Source of the DNA: Blepharisma stoltei ATCC 30299
Lineage: Eukaryota > Protista > Ciliophora
Direction of reading: 5' to 3'
NCBI GenBank assembly: GCA_965603825.1
Contig: CBFDEM010000045.1
Location: forward strand, 124,001-188,000
DNA: 64,000 bases
Shown here: positions 62,427-64,000 of the stretch, one piece after another
Position numbering within the stretch: position 1 is the first letter of the stretch
Layout: each line of letters begins with the position of its first letter
Notes under the pieces: generated by a model
Databases searched by the model: none
Seen by the model: the letters and a program-made list of their open reading frames with translations, nothing else
Told to the model about the DNA's origin: nothing
Program-made: the position numbers and the translations under genes

Positions 62427-62699
62427 ACAAAATATCCGTTTCCTAAAAAATGGCTTGAAAAAGAAACGAACACATACAAATTTTCATATTAATTTACCCT
62501 AAAACTTGAAATTCACTGACATATTGAAAATAAAAAATGTGATTATGTTAGGGTTCTAGAATTTTCCAATTAATCACTTTAAAAGTTATCCTAAAAACTA
62601 TAAAACTTAAAGCAAAAAAATCGATTTAAAATTAGAATATTTTGATGCAATTTTTTTTCTAAATCACATTAATCAATAATAAACAAAGTTTAGTACATA

Positions 62700-64000
62700 T
62701 TAATATATATCTATAGACCTCTTTCGCACAATCGGCACACTTCCATTCAATTTTTTATAAAGCGACGCACACGTATCAAGATAAACCATCTCCATCCCAT
62801 CTACCTTCTTAATATCCAATATAAAGCTCTCATTGAACTAAATATATTTTACCTTGTATATTTTTATATCAAATTTTACTCCTTTTCCTACATATTTCGG
62901 TAAATCTTCACCTACTTTTTGCTCCTCAAACCCAACTGACCTTACCCGAATCTCAAATTCAGACAAAAATTTCCATTCCATATTCAGAGATTTCAAAGAC
63001 TCGAAAAGATGAATTACCAGTCTTATCGCAGAAATTGCACATCGAAAGCCAAAAACCCAGTTGTGAGGCATTGGGTGGTTGCTTTTTTCTGATTCAGTGG
63101 ACGAAGTACAATCAGAGCTGACAATAGTTTCGTCATCTGGGATCATAAAAATTCCAACTTTTTTCTGAAAAATTGGCTCCACATTGATTTCGCTTTGGTT
63201 AAGGAGTTTTCTTTTGACTTTTAAAGTAGAGTCTAAAAGAATATGATAAGTGACTGTAAAAGAGTCTTGCTTTTTTGCTAAAACTTGTTGTTTAAGCTGT
63301 TCTTTTTGAAGTCCTTGAAATTCTGGAAACTCTAAACACTTATTAAAGATTTCTTCAAAAATTTCTTTTCGACTTCTGTTAGCTTGTAAAGCTCCTAAAC
63401 AGTCTACAATTCTGTCATGATCTACAATAGCTTCAGTATATTTCAAATGCAATGGAATATTTGCTTTATACCATGGATGCTCCATTATCTGTTTTATCGT
63501 AATTCTTGATACCGGATCAGTGTTCAGCATCCTTCTAATTAAATCTCTTGCCCCTACAGAAAAATAATGAGGGACATTAAATCTCCCAGCTGTATATTTT
63601 TTACCTTTAATTTTTGCAAAAAGAGCTGGAATATTGTTTTCATCAAAAGGCAGATATGCGGCCAACAAAGTGTATAATAAAACTCCAACGCTCCAGACAT
63701 CGACTTGTGGCCCACAGTATTGTTCTCCAGATATGATTTCTGGGGCTGCATAATTAGGTGATCCACACGAAGTTTTAAGGAAAATTCCGTCTCTTATAAA
63801 ATTTGACAGTCCAAAATCTCCGAGCTTTAAAAAAGATTGTTCGTCAATTAGGATATTTTCTGGCTTAATATCTCTATGAACCACTTTACGCTCATGGCAG
63901 TATGATAAAGCTGATATTACTTGCTGGAAATATTCTCTGGCTTGCTTTTCAGGGATTCTGCCATTTCTTTCAATTAAGCTGTAGAGCTCTCCTCCTGGGA
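62700..64000 (-). CDS. SNF1/AMPK-alpha-like kinase (5' part lies outside the window)
   Basis: [22 protein letters not shown] and a C-terminal NWVFG...MEWK...FDIKIYK domain; two tiny introns. Confidence 0.9.
62838..62852 (-). other. 15-nt intron (SNF1-like)
   Basis: GTAAAATATATTTAG with in-frame TAG. Confidence 0.9.
63590..63604 (-). other. Probable 15-nt in-frame intron with CAG acceptor (SNF1-like)
   Basis: GTAAAAAATATACAG; removal gives FAKIKAGRF, the normal kinase spacing. Confidence 0.82.

Noticed and set aside
1-64000. Mycoplasma-like bacterial or mitochondrial origin (AT-rich, UGA=Trp)
   Set aside because: Spliceosomal introns and nuclear eukaryotic genes (RPA1, PIG-U, CDPK, RPAP1) are present.
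1-64000. Mass pseudogenisation or selenocysteine to explain in-frame TGA
   Set aside because: TGA aligns to conserved Trp, not Cys, and the frames are otherwise intact.
1-64000. CRISPR arrays, tRNA, rRNA, telomere tracts
   Set aside because: None recognised by eye; a tRNAscan/Infernal run would be needed to exclude small RNAs.

Overview
Gene-dense, AT-rich eukaryotic DNA, most likely macronuclear (somatic) DNA of a Blepharisma-like heterotrich ciliate (inference). TGA is read as Trp: it sits at invariant Trp positions, and every complete gene model ends in TAA or TAG. Genes carry 15-16 nt spliceosomal introns; I found 11, all with A at position 10. The supplied ORF track therefore fragments most genes. 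Re-read with UGA=Trp and tiny introns, the window holds about 40 genes, including RPA1, DONSON-like, RPAP1, TMEM181-like, CDPK, ADP/ATP carrier, PIG-U, HSPBP1/Fes1, SAPS/PP6R, MCAT and a SNF1/AMPK-like kinase. Most notable: (1) a 5'-truncated but frame-intact non-LTR retrotransposon (APE-RT-CCHC) sits antisense in a HEXXH gene between two TA dinucleotides, and IES-like removal would restore the host frame across the insertion; (2) a stand-alone, probably domesticated MULE DDE transposase; (3) a bacterial-style TM-dCache-TM-HAMP receptor with no output domain; (4) a PreP-like M16C protein that has lost zinc ligands; (5) a structured intergenic ncRNA candidate with telomere-like motifs; (6) a duplicated segment ~49.6 kb from its source with a microhomology-mediated 4.4 kb deletion, plus decaying tandem duplicates. 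Family assignments come from motif recognition by eye, not database searches.
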